From the human T2T-CHM13v2.0 reference genome, Homo sapiens, in the NCBI RefSeq assembly GCF_009914755.1, contig NC_060929.1: DNA of 64,000 nt. One strand, written 5' to 3'. Each line of letters begins with the position of its first letter. The stretch's first letter is position 1. The translations under genes were made by a program, and so were the position numbers. Below the pieces are notes generated by a model. That model made no database searches. It had not been told where the DNA came from and saw nothing but the letters and a program-made list of their open reading frames with translations. Below, one piece after another: positions 24,341 through 53,620 of the stretch.

Positions 24341-25774
24341 TGCTCTTAGAACAAAAACAGGATCTCATTCAGACCAATGTTTCTGGTTCATTCTGCATTT
24401 CATAATATACAGTTTTATTGTGAGTTGAGTTTTAGTTTTTTTTATTTCTTAAATATTGCCATGTACTAGACAGTGTTAAGGCATTGGGGATATAGCAATT
24501 AATTAGAAAATCTTTGCTTTTTTAACTTAAAATCTGCAAGTTTCTTAAGAACTAAAAACTTAACACCAACAAATAACACCTTGGAGTGCAAGGTATAAAG
24601 TAATGTGTTCACAGACTCATTCACATTAAAAGCTTGTTGTTTTTAATAATGAAAAAAATTATTAGCTTTCAAGTTCAGATACAAGTTTTGCCCAAGATTC
24701 TACACAAAAGGTAAACTATTGGCTTCATTTATGTCGTACATTCACTCCCCTTCCTTTCTTGATCTCATGATAATCATTATTTTCAGGGAAATAGTTTCCT
24801 TGTTTCTCTTTTGTCAAAATAAACCTAAACAGGTAAAGGTAGAAAAACTGACCTATTGGGGAAGGAAGGTGTCAGGATAAAATGATGTTAAATAATCAAG
24901 GAAAGATACGGCAGAAGAAAGAATATGAGGAAAATTGGTAGCAGAAAAGAAAATTGAGTGGACAGGAGAGGTAGGGAGATACATATATATATAGATTATA
25001 TATATCATGATATATATATATAGATATATATAGATATAATGTATAGAAAAGTTACGGAAGCTTAATTTTAGCTCTGATAGAGAATAATCTAAAATTGGTA
25101 ATGATTTAGCTATATAGTCTCAAATGTACAAGGATATGTGGGAGAGAGAAACTGTCCTTAGAGGATAGCTTAAATTGCAGGGTAACATTACCTGCTGATA
25201 AAGTAATATATTTGAAACTCTGCGTTCCTAGGAAGACAGGTGCTATATTTATATTTGTTCAGCCTATTATTAGTGCAGAAGGCTGGAAACTTCATAAATT
25301 GAACTCTTCACCCACTGTTATTGAAAGTCAGATACCAGAATGTAAATGGTCATATATAAACATAACATAACATAACAGCACTTTCAACTTAGTGGCCTCC
25401 CACTTTTTTCATGTACATGTAGTTAGATACATGTCAGGTATCTACCTACATTTTCATACTACTGTAGTTTTTTATTTGGAAGTTTCCTTTCCCTTCCTAT
25501 AATACTTGCAGAACTGGAAGATTGAGGCAAGGGGGAGTTGGAGGGCTGGGAAATTCTAAGGAATTTCCAAATAAATGAAGAATTTACAAAGACCACTGGA
25601 AGAAACCATTCAGGTTTTGTTTTTAAATTGCTCAGTATGGTAAATCTGGAATTGCTCATTTGTTCAGTTCTATAAAAGAGGACCAAAAGTGCCAAATATT
25701 TACATTATCTAATTTTCCTTTGGCTTTTAGGAACAATTATGAAATATAGCTTAGCCAAAAATACTCAATACTGA

Positions 25775-25957
<183 letters not shown>

Positions 25958-25999
25958 TAAAGAGGATGGTTTAGATAGGCGAGCACTTCATTATGTGTA

Positions 26000-26190
26000 A
26001 GATGACTTGGGTTTCATCCCTGGCTCTATTACTTAATAGTTGTATAACCCCTAGAAAGGCTATTGAATTTTCTTAACTTCACTGTTCTCATCTATAAACT
26101 AGAAGTAAATATGTAAACCCCCACTGACCTTACAACACTGTTTTGGGTCCTGAGATAAAGTATCTGAAAGTGCTTTGAAATCTGTAAAAC
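26000..26190 (+). mobile_element. MIR
   Basis: gggtttcatccctggctctattacttaatagttgtataacc...ttctcatctataaa. Confidence 0.75.
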
Positions 26191-26230
26191 AATATATAAA
26201 TGTATGACAGTAGTAGTATTATATTCATAA

Positions 26231-26581
<351 letters not shown>

Positions 26582-27077
26582 TAATTATATAAGTCACACT
26601 TTAGTAACAAATAAGATCATATAGTACATATAGTTATATAATTTACCTTTTTTACTTAATTGTATATAGTGAGCATTTTTGTATGTAAATGTAAAGATCT
26701 GTCTCATCCTTTAAAATAGATGCGTTCTTTTCCACTACATGGATATATCATGACTAATCTAAAATTGATAGACATTTAAATCATTGCCAATATTTTCACT
26801 AATATGTCACAGTGAACATCCTTGAACATTTTTTACATTATTTATTGGAATAAATTTATATGTATAATTGCTAGGTCAAAGAATATGCACAATAAATTTG
26901 AAATTTTCTATCAAATTGCCCCCCACTGAGTTTTTATTCTTTAATAGTAGAATGATTCTTTTTTAAACAGAGTCTCACTGTGTTGCCCAGGCTGGTCTCG
27001 AACTCCTGGTCCTCCTGCCTCAGCCTCCCAAAGTGCTGGGGTTACAGGCATGATCCACCATGCCCAGCCTGGAGTGA

Positions 27078-27299
<222 letters not shown>

Positions 27300-27722
27300 T
27301 GAACTGCTGACCTCAGGTGATCCACCCACCTTGGCCTCCCAAAATGCTGAGATTACAGATGTGAACCACCGCACCCAGCCCTAGAGTGATTCTTTTAATG
27401 ATTATTGGTTCTGAAGGTTTTTTGTTTCATACTATACAGAATAGGACAGTTTTAGAGATACAGGATTCAGAATTAACATCGCTAAAAGACACAGTTGGAC
27501 ATGAATTCACTTCTTTCATTCATTCACTTAAATATTTGAATGCTTACCATATTCTAGACCTGTTGTAGCAGTAAATGAGACAGTAGAGATCTCTGCTCTC
27601 ATGGAGCTTTCATTCTAGTAGGTGAGTTGAATCAATAAAGAGATAATTACATTGATTAGGAAATTATATAATTATGTCTTTATGGACAAGGCATTAAATA
27701 TCTTTTTCCCCTCCTACTGTAG

Positions 27723-27797
27723 AGTGGTGAAATCAAGTCGGTAGATCCCAGACTAATCCATGTGATGCTGATGGATAATTCAACGCCTCAAAGCGAG
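27723..27797 (+). CDS. KDM3B: KDM3B coding exon 6 (75 nt, phase 0-0), SGEIKSVDPRLIHVMLMDNSTPQSE
   Basis: Pyrimidine tract + tgtag acceptor, gag|gtacag donor. Confidence 0.95.
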
Positions 27798-28337
27798 GTA
27801 CAGTAATGGACTGCATTCCTGAGCAGACTCATGAGCTTGCATTATCTTGCTGTGTGTAGATCCCTTATATATGTGTTTTCCATGGATGCCTTTTGAGTTG
27901 TTCAGCTTTAGCCACTGTACATTTTTTTGCTCTCTCCACAGTCTGTCTAATTAAGGGGGGATATTCTCAAGAAAGAGACCTAGTTTGAGCAAACCCTTTT
28001 AAGCATGACTATGTTCCCTAGTTCTTCTAAAGTGCAAGGCTGGTTTCTTCCTATATTCTGTCAGGACAGGTATATTTGAAAGATATAGTAGTCAGTTAAA
28101 AGTGCAATAAGCAGTAGTAATACTCGTGATCTACCAAGTAACAAGAAGTGAAGGATAAACTACGTCCACTTTTTTTTTTTTCCATTCGGTGGCAGTGAGC
28201 TCCAACGGAGTCTGAAATTCTGTATTCCCAAGTAGAATCAATTCAAGCTGGTACCTAGTTCAGTGCTCAGCCCCCAGTGCATTGGTTACTCCATAATTGT
28301 TATGAACCAGCCCAACTCTTGGTTTATTCAGAATTAA

Positions 28338-31737
<3,400 letters not shown>

Positions 31738-32227
31738 AGGTTCACTTTTCCTTTGGTCACAGACTCACAAACGTTGGTTTAGTGACTTCTGGTTAGAGAA
31801 GATGTCCTATTTCAGTACTTAAAATGCAAGTTTCTTTCAAGCAAGGAGGTAAATATGTAATAAAGTGAGTTATTTCATCAAGGGGTAAATGAGCTCCCAC
31901 CCTAGCTTTAGCACTCTATTTTGTAAAAGAAACTCAACAAATTGTTAAAACCCTCAAAGAAGTCCATTTAAGGCAGTGTAATGTTTTATTTAAGAGAAAG
32001 TTTGCCAAGTGAGTTAACCTCTAGTAACTATTATCTTGAATGTGTGTGTATAAATTGAGTCACACAAAGATTAGAGCTTTTAACAAAGGGGATGTTTTAG
32101 AACTGGCATTGGAACTTGGCAGTCTATGCCTGCTTTGTCTGCTTCTAGAGATGGGAAAGAGCTAATGGTGTGTGGTATTCACAGGATGAAAGTTTCCTTG
32201 TAATCTTTTTTGAATTTTGTTTTGTAG

Positions 32228-32932
<705 letters not shown>

Positions 32933-34004
32933 TGAGATGTGCTTAAATTATACTCTGTGGAAGGCCTTTACTGCTCACTGGGCAAATGTGTATAGTTTAA
33001 TAACTTTATCAGCTCTTAAAAGGCACCAGAACAGTTGGGTGAATCAAAAACTGATGATACAACCTAATTTAAAGACATGTTAAAGTAGATCTGGTGGGGA
33101 ATGTTTTAAATTCTATTATCTATTTAGTTCACGTAGTGATCAAGCCTCTGCTAGGCCTATAAGAGGTGAGGTTAATGAATTACAGTATTGGTAATAGTGA
33201 ATACTATAATTAAGGCTATGTGTGCAAGCTACCATTACCCTGTTTTCAATTCATCATTTTCTATGATATTTTCCCTTGAGGCTGAGTTAATTTCCATCAT
33301 TTGATATGGCCATGGAAGGTTTTTTCTCCCTATCTTCATCTTTTTAAGCCTTACCTGAAAATTTGATGGATTTCATCACAACAGTATCTGATTTCCTTTG
33401 TTCTTTATCTGATATGCATATATTGTTGCTAAAATGGAACCTCTGTTAAATGTAAGTTAACATCAAGTTGTCTCCCTAATCCAAAATATCAAAATCAGTA
33501 TAATATATTCTTTTTGACTAATTTTGGTCACCAAAATATGATTTATGGTGCTAGTCATCTTTTTTTTCCCCAAACAGCTATTAACTCAAGCTAAAATATG
33601 AAATACAGAGATGAAATGCTTAATGATTTTTAAAAATTATATATAGGAAACTACTGTGTGCTGAGTACTGTATATTATATATAAGGAATTGAAACTCCTA
33701 TTTGAAGGAGCTCACATCCTAAAACGGAATCATTTCAGAAAAAACAATGCCAGACAAAACATGACAAACGTGACTTCTTTCCCTCCCCAACAAGTGCAGA
33801 TTGTTAATCCCTAGTGTGCAGGGATAGGGAGGGAGAGGAAATGTCCACACAGACGAGGAGAAGGCCTGTAAATGCAAATTTCACACTGTTGATGGTTTGT
33901 CCTGTTGGTTGACCAGCATTCCCAAGATAACCAGGTGAGGATCTTATATGGATTTCCAGTGTAAATCATCATAGTGTCTGAATTATTTAAAAACAACTCC
34001 ATGT

Positions 34005-35146
<1,142 letters not shown>

Positions 35147-35939
35147 TTATAAGAAAAGGATTTGGAATTTAATCATTTGAAGGAAAATGAAAGACTATCC
35201 AAATTATTTTTCATTCATGTGTGTATTTATTTTTAAAGGGTAACTTTAGGAGTGAAACATGAGCTACCCATGCTAGTTCCTTGCAGTCATGCAGGTATCA
35301 AGGCTCCTGGCCAAATCCTGCCTGTGAAGCAACAGCAGCACCTCAGGGCTGTGTCTGTTCTTTTTCTCTATTGTAGGGAGTAAGTTGAAGTCAATACTTA
35401 CTGGTTAGTAGGAAGATAAAAGAAAAAAGAAAAGGAGTTTTATTTTTTAACTCTAAAATACCCTGAAGTAGTCTCTGTAGCAGAGACAGAGGCAAGCCTA
35501 GGTGGCCTGCTTGATTCGTACGTCTCTATGCTACTCCTCAAGGAAATCCTGAATGTTAACTCCTCTTGTGTATTTAAAGAATAGTTTAATTAAAACTCTC
35601 TCCCCTCTTTATAAGAGAATAGCCCTTTTGTTTATCGGGAATCACTTTTTTTTTAATTGTAGTAAAATACACATAATGTAAAACTTACGACTTTAAAATG
35701 TACAATTCTGTGGCATTTAGTACATTTACAGTGTTGCGAAACTATGAAGACTATCTAGATCCAGAAATTTCATCACCCCAAAAGGAAAACTCCATATCCA
35801 TTAAGTGGTGATGGAATAATTTTTATTTCCAGTGTTTTAGAGTGAATATTAAGGTATATCATCCTCTACTACTTGAAAGTAATCTATGGTTAGCAAGTCA
35901 AGTACTAGGATCTGGGTTTTATTAAATTAATAAATATAA

Positions 35940-36288
<349 letters not shown>

Positions 36289-37200
36289 TGACCTCCAGAC
36301 CTCGTGATCCGCCCATGTCAGCCTCCCAAAGTACTGGGATTACAGGCATGAGCCACCGCGCCAGGCCCCATTCTTCTTTATACAGTCATTCACAAGCAGA
36401 AGTTAACATTTTGAAGGTAAAAGAAGGAAAGGGGAGTGTTCTGTTATTTCATTCTTCAGTTATGCTGAAGGCTTTTTTTGGGATATTGTCAGTATATACA
36501 TTTATCCTCTTTGGATTCTTATTAGATTCTAATTATAACAAAGGTCTTGGTAAATAGCTTGCTTTCTTTAATTTAGCATCTTTACGTCTAACGTTAATTG
36601 AAGTAGATATTCAACTTGTAGGTTGACTTGAACCCATAAATAGATGCCGAAATCCAAAAGGGTCCATGTTGTGGACTTTCAGATTAATAAGGAAAACACT
36701 TTTCTTTAACGTGCAGTAGGCTTGTCCTAGGATTAAAGCCACTTTTTGTAAAATGGGCAATTTTACAGTAGCCTAAATAAATCAAAACTTTAACAATAGC
36801 TCCCAAGGTCATTGAGATATATTAATATTACAGGGGTCACTGTAAAAGCTGATGTCTATTCAGGAACCCTTTTCTCCAGTTCCTTAGAGGAGCTCTTCAC
36901 TTCCAAATAGATACCAAAAAGCCTACAAGGCCTTCTAGCACTGTGACGACCAATTGGATAACAACCAAGGGAATTGCAGGATGAATGACATCCTGCTATC
37001 TCTGGTTCACCTTGCTAAAGATGCCCTCAGTGTAGTCTGTGGCAGATTTCTTCCCCACTGCTGGTGAACTCCAGTTACAAGAGCAGATCCATGGAATTGT
37101 AAAAGAGAAAAGTTGATGGACCCCCAAGAAATGTTGATCTGGTGATAGTGAGGTCCAAGAAAGAGATCATTAGATTGTCATGAGAAGCCAGCATCACTAA

Positions 37201-38580
<1,380 letters not shown>

Positions 38581-39249
38581 TAGAATTACAGAGCCAAGAG
38601 GACCTGGCAGAGGCCCCTCGTCAGGCCTGGTTCAGGGCAGGATTGCATCTAAACCGGCACTGTAGGAGGAGTATCTGTCCCAAATAATGATAATCCCCCA
38701 AAGGAGGACTCTTGATCTTCCTTGGCGGTCAGTTATTTTTGGTCAGGAACTATTTCTTTGCATTTGTCTCATCCCTTTTTACTTCACTTTGGCCCATCCT
38801 CTTTACTTCAGAGGGGTTACTGGGAACTGGTATCCATTCCCACATAGCAGACATTTGTAGACTTGATGAAGCAGAGAGAATCACCCCTCAGTTTGCTCCT
38901 CTCTGAAACCTACATAAGGATTTTAACAGCTCTATCAAAATCCATTAACTTGTGTGGTGTGAGGTTATGGTCCAGAAGCGGGTAAAACAAAGTCTCATGG
39001 TAAAAGCAGCTGTTCTCAATAGGAATTGCTATGTTGTGGGAGCTCAAGAGGTCCTGATGAACAGAATAGCCATATCGTGAGAGACTAGAGGCAGGTGATG
39101 GCTACATTCTGGCTTCTTATGTTTTTCACATCCATATTCAAAGTTGTTTTGCCATAGTGGGGCACTTCCCACAAGTTCTGCATGGTTCTTAGCTCCCAAT
39201 GGAAGCTTCTTTGCTCCTTGCTTTCCCTTCCTGTCAAGGATGGACATAA

Positions 39250-39630
<381 letters not shown>

Positions 39631-40174
39631 TAACTTCCACTCTTTCTCTGAGTCTATAAACATGTTTCATCATCTTGGTCTTTGCTTTCCTCAACTCCTT
39701 TGCTCTCAGCGTCTGTGAAGAGGCTCTGGCATAGTAGTCACTTAGTTGTTTGGATTGTAAAATGACATGTGATTTTGTCCTTGGAGAATTAAAATTGAGC
39801 AGTGTTAGCTGCAGCTCTGTGCTATTCCCTGAGTAATTCCTAACTTGGGTTGGTTCTATTTGAAACCACTATTATAAGCAGAAGGACTGCATTTCATATT
39901 ATGGATCTACCTGACTGCTTATTCCTCCTCAGTGCTAGAGTAACTTGAGTCATGTTAAAAAGACGGGGAGGTAAGATTTGGAGATAATGTGAAGCATCTT
40001 TGAAATAGATATAACTGATGGAAATGTGGGAATATCGTCTGCTTTTACCAAACAATATCTCTTTAGTTACTTTTCTTCTGCTTGATAAACTTAGAAGGGG
40101 AGTTTCTTCTGAGTGACCTTTCAAGAATCTTTAATTTTTAAAGTAAATCCAAATGGTTTACCAATATGGTGTGG

Positions 40175-44150
<3,976 letters not shown>

Positions 44151-44375
44151 TGAATGGAAAAACTAAGAGGAACTCTGGGACAGCTTTTTAAAGAATCTAG
44201 ACCTACTAAATGTTATGTTAACAAGCTTTACTATTAGCAGAGAATGCATACTGTTTTGGTCGACTGGTGAAAATTCTTAGTCTGATTCCTGTTGTCTCAT
44301 TTTACTTCTGTTTAGGTCCCAGGAGTTTAGGTGTGTGTTAGTTTGCGTTGCTCCTGCGATTTACCATGTATTTGA

Positions 44376-44636
<261 letters not shown>

Positions 44637-44936
44637 TAGTGAAAAACTTTTATTTTCTTTCACTTAACGGGAAGATTGGGGACAGTGGCAGATGGCATTT
44701 TCTGTGAATGAATTAAGACCGATAAGACTTCTCTTTGTAGCAACCTGTCGTTGAGACCTTAACTATATCCAGCAGACCTCATTCTTTCAGTCTTTGGCAA
44801 TTAACAAACCAAATACTCCTTCTCTGCTTGCCTTTGTTTTTGTAGCACAGCAGCCATAACATCCATTTAAATTCCCATTTGGGTTTGCCTCACTCTGAAT
44901 ATTTTCAGTTTGCTTTGAACCAATTTGTATTAATAA

Positions 44937-45836
<900 letters not shown>

Positions 45837-45996
45837 TTACCATGAGCCCTTGAAATACCATTATATTATAAATAAGTTATATAGTCTCTTTGTTCAGAAA
45901 TACTAGAAATTATTGTATTTTGTTTCTCCTACAATTATAGAAACACAGACTTTATGAATCTTTGAGTTTTATTGCTGAACAAAATAGCTTGAGTAG

Positions 45997-46227
<231 letters not shown>

Positions 46228-46599
46228 TAAACATTGTCCTGTGTAGCTCGAAAGGTAACGTGGAGGTATGTCCATGATGTTGTGGGATTTGAAAATTGAG
46301 GCAGGAATGGGCTTATGCCTCTCTTTAGCTGCTTGGCTTCATTCAACTTTGTTGTATTTTAAGACCTTAAAATGGCAAATATTTAGCCTAGGAAGGCTGA
46401 AACAAGACAAGAAGGATTATTCTTAATTTTTCCTTGGTTTTTTTTTTGTTTTTGTTTTTTTTAAGGCAGATTCTCGCTCTGTTGCCCAGGTTGGAGCGCA
46501 GCGGCACAATCATGGCTTACTGCACCCTTGACCTAGGCTCAAGTGATCCTCCTCGACCTCTCAGAGTGCTGGGAATCATAGGCATGAGCCACCGTACCT

Positions 46600-48480
<1,881 letters not shown>

Positions 48481-48579
48481 GCTGCCTTTGGTTCTTCCTT
48501 TATCTTATTACGTGCCAGAAACCCTCCTTGCCCCTTGACTTTTTCATTCTTCCCTCTTCGGAGGTATAATATAACCATT

Positions 48580-48812
48580 GTACAGTGGTTTAGAGTTTAG
48601 GCTACTGTGATGTGGCACCTATTTCTACCTCTTATTGTACCAACTATTGTATCTTGGGCTAGTTACTTAATCCTGCAGAGCCTCAGTTTTCTTGTCTGTA
48701 AAACAAAGATATCAGTACTTCCCTCACAACTTTGTTGTTTTGAATGAGATGTTGTATGTAACATGGTTAGAATAGGACCTGACACCCACCAGGTATTCCA
48801 TAAATGTTAGCT
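48580..48812 (+). mobile_element. MIR
   Basis: ttgggctagttacttaatc...gagcctcagttttcttgtctgtaaaa...taaatgttagctg. Confidence 0.8.
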
Positions 48813-49641
48813 GCTAGAGTATTCTGCACCTGCCCATGAAAGATTAACTGTCACAGGAATTGCCCTCCTGCCATAAACAATGAGAAAACTAGATAAAATA
48901 TATGAAACCACAGTTTTTGACATTGAACAACAGGCAACATGGGACTGTTATCTCTAAGAGAAGGGAAAAAACCAAGGTGATCCCTACAGTTGCCCTGGCT
49001 TACTGCTTAGGCACAGTTTCTAGGCTACAGCAAGGGAAAGAGAACCAAAACTGAAACTGGCAACCTTACTGACTAGAGACAGAGATGACAGTCTGAGAAG
49101 AGTAAGGCAAAGTGCTGAAAAGGCTGGAACTCTCTACAGAGACAGCCCCTTGGTTTTTTGTATATATAGTAATCTGTGCATGAATGAGATGAAGTTCCTC
49201 AAAGCCCAAGATGGAACCTTCAGAAAGCAATTGACTGAATAATTCACAAAATTCATGATTTGTATTCCCACCAGCCAGTGTGAAGAGTAGTGGGACTAAT
49301 TTAGTCTCAGAATAAAAACTATTCTGGAGCTTCCATAACAAAGTATAAAGCAAGCCTTGGAAGAAGCAAACTGATTAGCAAGTTACATAATTGTGCACCA
49401 CACTAACACCAAATACCCTTTAAAGGAATATTTAAAGGAGCACCCTTCAAACAAAACCCACTACCCAGAAAAGTCACAACCTTGCATTTAATCAGTAATT
49501 ATCGAGTGTGCAAAAATACCAACTTACATGACCAGTAAGCTGAGGAGGGATAATCAATCAATAGGAAAAAACCCCAGAATGACGGTGATAATAGAATAGA
49601 AAAGAACCAGCCTGGCACAGTGGCTCATGCCTGTAATCTCA

Positions 49642-49890
<249 letters not shown>

Positions 49891-50686
49891 TCAAAAAAAA
49901 AAAAAAAAGAATAGAAAAGAACCTTAAGCCAGGTATGATGGCTCACACCTGCAATCCCAGCACTTTGGGAGGCTGAGGCAGGAGGATCACTTAAGCCGAG
50001 GAGTTCAATTCCAGCCTAGGCAATATAGCAAGACCCCATCTCAACCAAAAAAAAAAAAAAGAACTTTAATGTAGCTACTATACATACATCTTATAAATAT
50101 GATTAAGGATTTAAAGAAATACATGATGTGATGAGGAGAGAAAAAGAAGATATATAAAAGCCCAAATGAAAACTTCCAGAGATGAAAAATATCTCAGGTA
50201 TTTACACCAGATGAGATTAACAGCAGATTAGATAATGTAGAAGAAAAAAAAAAGACTAAACTTGCAGACATTGACAAAAGAAGCTATCTAAAACAAAGCA
50301 GAGAAAAATGACCTACATTTATTAATTGAAAAATGCCTTGTAGAGCTGCAGGAAATATCAGGTAGTCTACCAAACATACAAGTAGAGTTTCAGAAAAAGT
50401 GGGAGAGCAGAGGCAGAAAAAATATTTAAATAAAACCAAAAAATTTCCAGATTTGGTGAAAATTATGTAAACACAAAATTAACAAACTCCAAACAGTAGA
50501 AACATTAAGAAAACCACACCAAAGCACATTTTGTGTAGAGTAACAAAGATAAGAATGACAGGCTGGCCGGGCGCCATGGCTCATGCCTGTAATCCCAGCA
50601 CTTTGGGAGGCCAAGGTGGGCGGGATCACCTGAGGTCGGGAGTTCGAGACCAACCTGGCCAACATGGTGAAATCCTGTCTCTACTA

Positions 50687-51016
<330 letters not shown>

Positions 51017-51142
51017 TCACTACAACCTCATCTTCCCGAGTTCAAGCTATTCTCCTGCCTCAGCCCCTTCAAGTAGCTGGGATTACAGGCATGTGCCACC
51101 ATGCCCTGCTAATTTTTGTGGGGTTTTTTATATTTTTAGTAG

Positions 51143-51490
<348 letters not shown>

Positions 51491-52761
51491 TGATCTCGTG
51501 ATCCACCCGCCCCAGCCTCCCAAAGTGCTGGGATTACAGGCATGAGCCACCATGCCCCGCCACAAATATTTTTTAAAAGTAGCCAGGCATGGTGACACAT
51601 GCCTGTGGTCGCAGCTACTTGGGAGGTTGAGGTGGGAGGATCACTTGAGCTGAGAGGTTGAGGCCGCAGGGAGCCATCATCACTTCACTGCACTCTAGCA
51701 TAGGCAACAGAGTAAGACTCTGTCTTACAAAAGAAAAAAAAAACGAGTGACCATTCTAGCAGCTTTTCTCAAACCAAGAAAAGCTGATAGAATGCACCAC
51801 CAGCAGATCCACACGATAATAAAGTTAAAGGTAGTTATTCAGGCAGAAGAAAATGAAATGGAAATCAGAACTTACACAAAGTAATGAAGAACATCCTACA
51901 TGGTATATATGAGTAAATATAAAAGATCTCTTTTTCTCGTTTATAATCTTTTTAAAAGTTAATTGTTTAAAAGCAAAAATAGTAACAATATATTTTGGGG
52001 TTTATACTATATGTAAAATTCAAATATATAATAGCAGCACAGAGGAAAAGAGGGAAAACTGGAAGTATAGTTTTGTAAGGATCTTACACTTTATGTAAAG
52101 TGAGATTAATATTTGAAGATAGACTTTGATAAGTTGAAGATTAATACTGAAAATGCTACAGCAACCACTTAAAAACAAAGAAATATAGCTAGTAAGTCCA
52201 AAATGGGAAACAAAATCAAATCACAAAAAATATGTAAGTAGTTCAAAAGAAGGCAGGAAAAATGAAACCAAAAAGAAATGGGACTGGCTAGGTTTGGTGG
52301 CTCACACTTGCAATCCCAACACTTTGAGAAGTCAAGATGGGGATTACTTGAGGCCAGGAGTTCAAGACCAGCCTGGGCAACATAGCAAGACTCCCATCTC
52401 TACAAAAAATTTAAAAATTAGCTGGGCGTGGTGGCACACACCTGTGGTCCCACCTACTCAGAGGCTGATGGGAGAGGATCACCTGAGCCCAGAAGGGTGA
52501 GGCTGTAGTGAGCCATGATTGCACCACTGCATTCCAGCCTGGGTGACATAGTGCAACCCTGTCTCAAAAAAAGAAAAGTTAAGGTCAGGCACAGTGGCTC
52601 ACGCCTGTAATCCCAGCACTTTGGGAGGCTGAGGCAGGTGGATCACCTGAGGTCAGGAGTTCGAGACCAGCCTGGCCAACACGGTGAAACCCTGTCTCTA
52701 CTAAAAATACAAACAAAATTAGCTGAGCATGGTGGCAGGCACCTGTAGACCTAGCTACTCA

Positions 52762-52857
<96 letters not shown>

Positions 52858-53176
52858 TCAATAAAAAAAAAGAAAAGTTAAACAATTAACTTTTTAAAAG
52901 AGTATAAATGAGAAAAAGATATTTTATATGTGCTAATCTTCTGCCTACATGATGAAAAAGAGAAGGTACAGTTTACCAATGAGAGAATGAGAGATGTAGG
53001 CACAGTGGCGTGTGCCTATACTCTCATCTATTTGAGAATCTTAGGTGGGAGGATCACTTGAATCCAGGAGTTTGAGACCAGCAGGGGAACATAGTGAGAC
53101 CCTATCTCTTTAATAATAAAAAAAAAGAATGTGAGGACCTCAATGCAGATCTTTTAGACATTAAAAGGATAAGTAA

Positions 53177-53442
<266 letters not shown>

Positions 53443-53620
53443 TGACCTGCCTGCCTCAGCCTCCCAAAGTGCTGGGATTACAGGTGTGAGCCACCACGCC
53501 CAGCCTATGCCAATAACTTTTACAGCTTAGATATAATGGACAAATTCCATGAAAAACACAAACCATCAAAATTCCCTCGAGAACAAATAGAGAACCTAAA
53601 TAACTTTACATTAAGAACTT

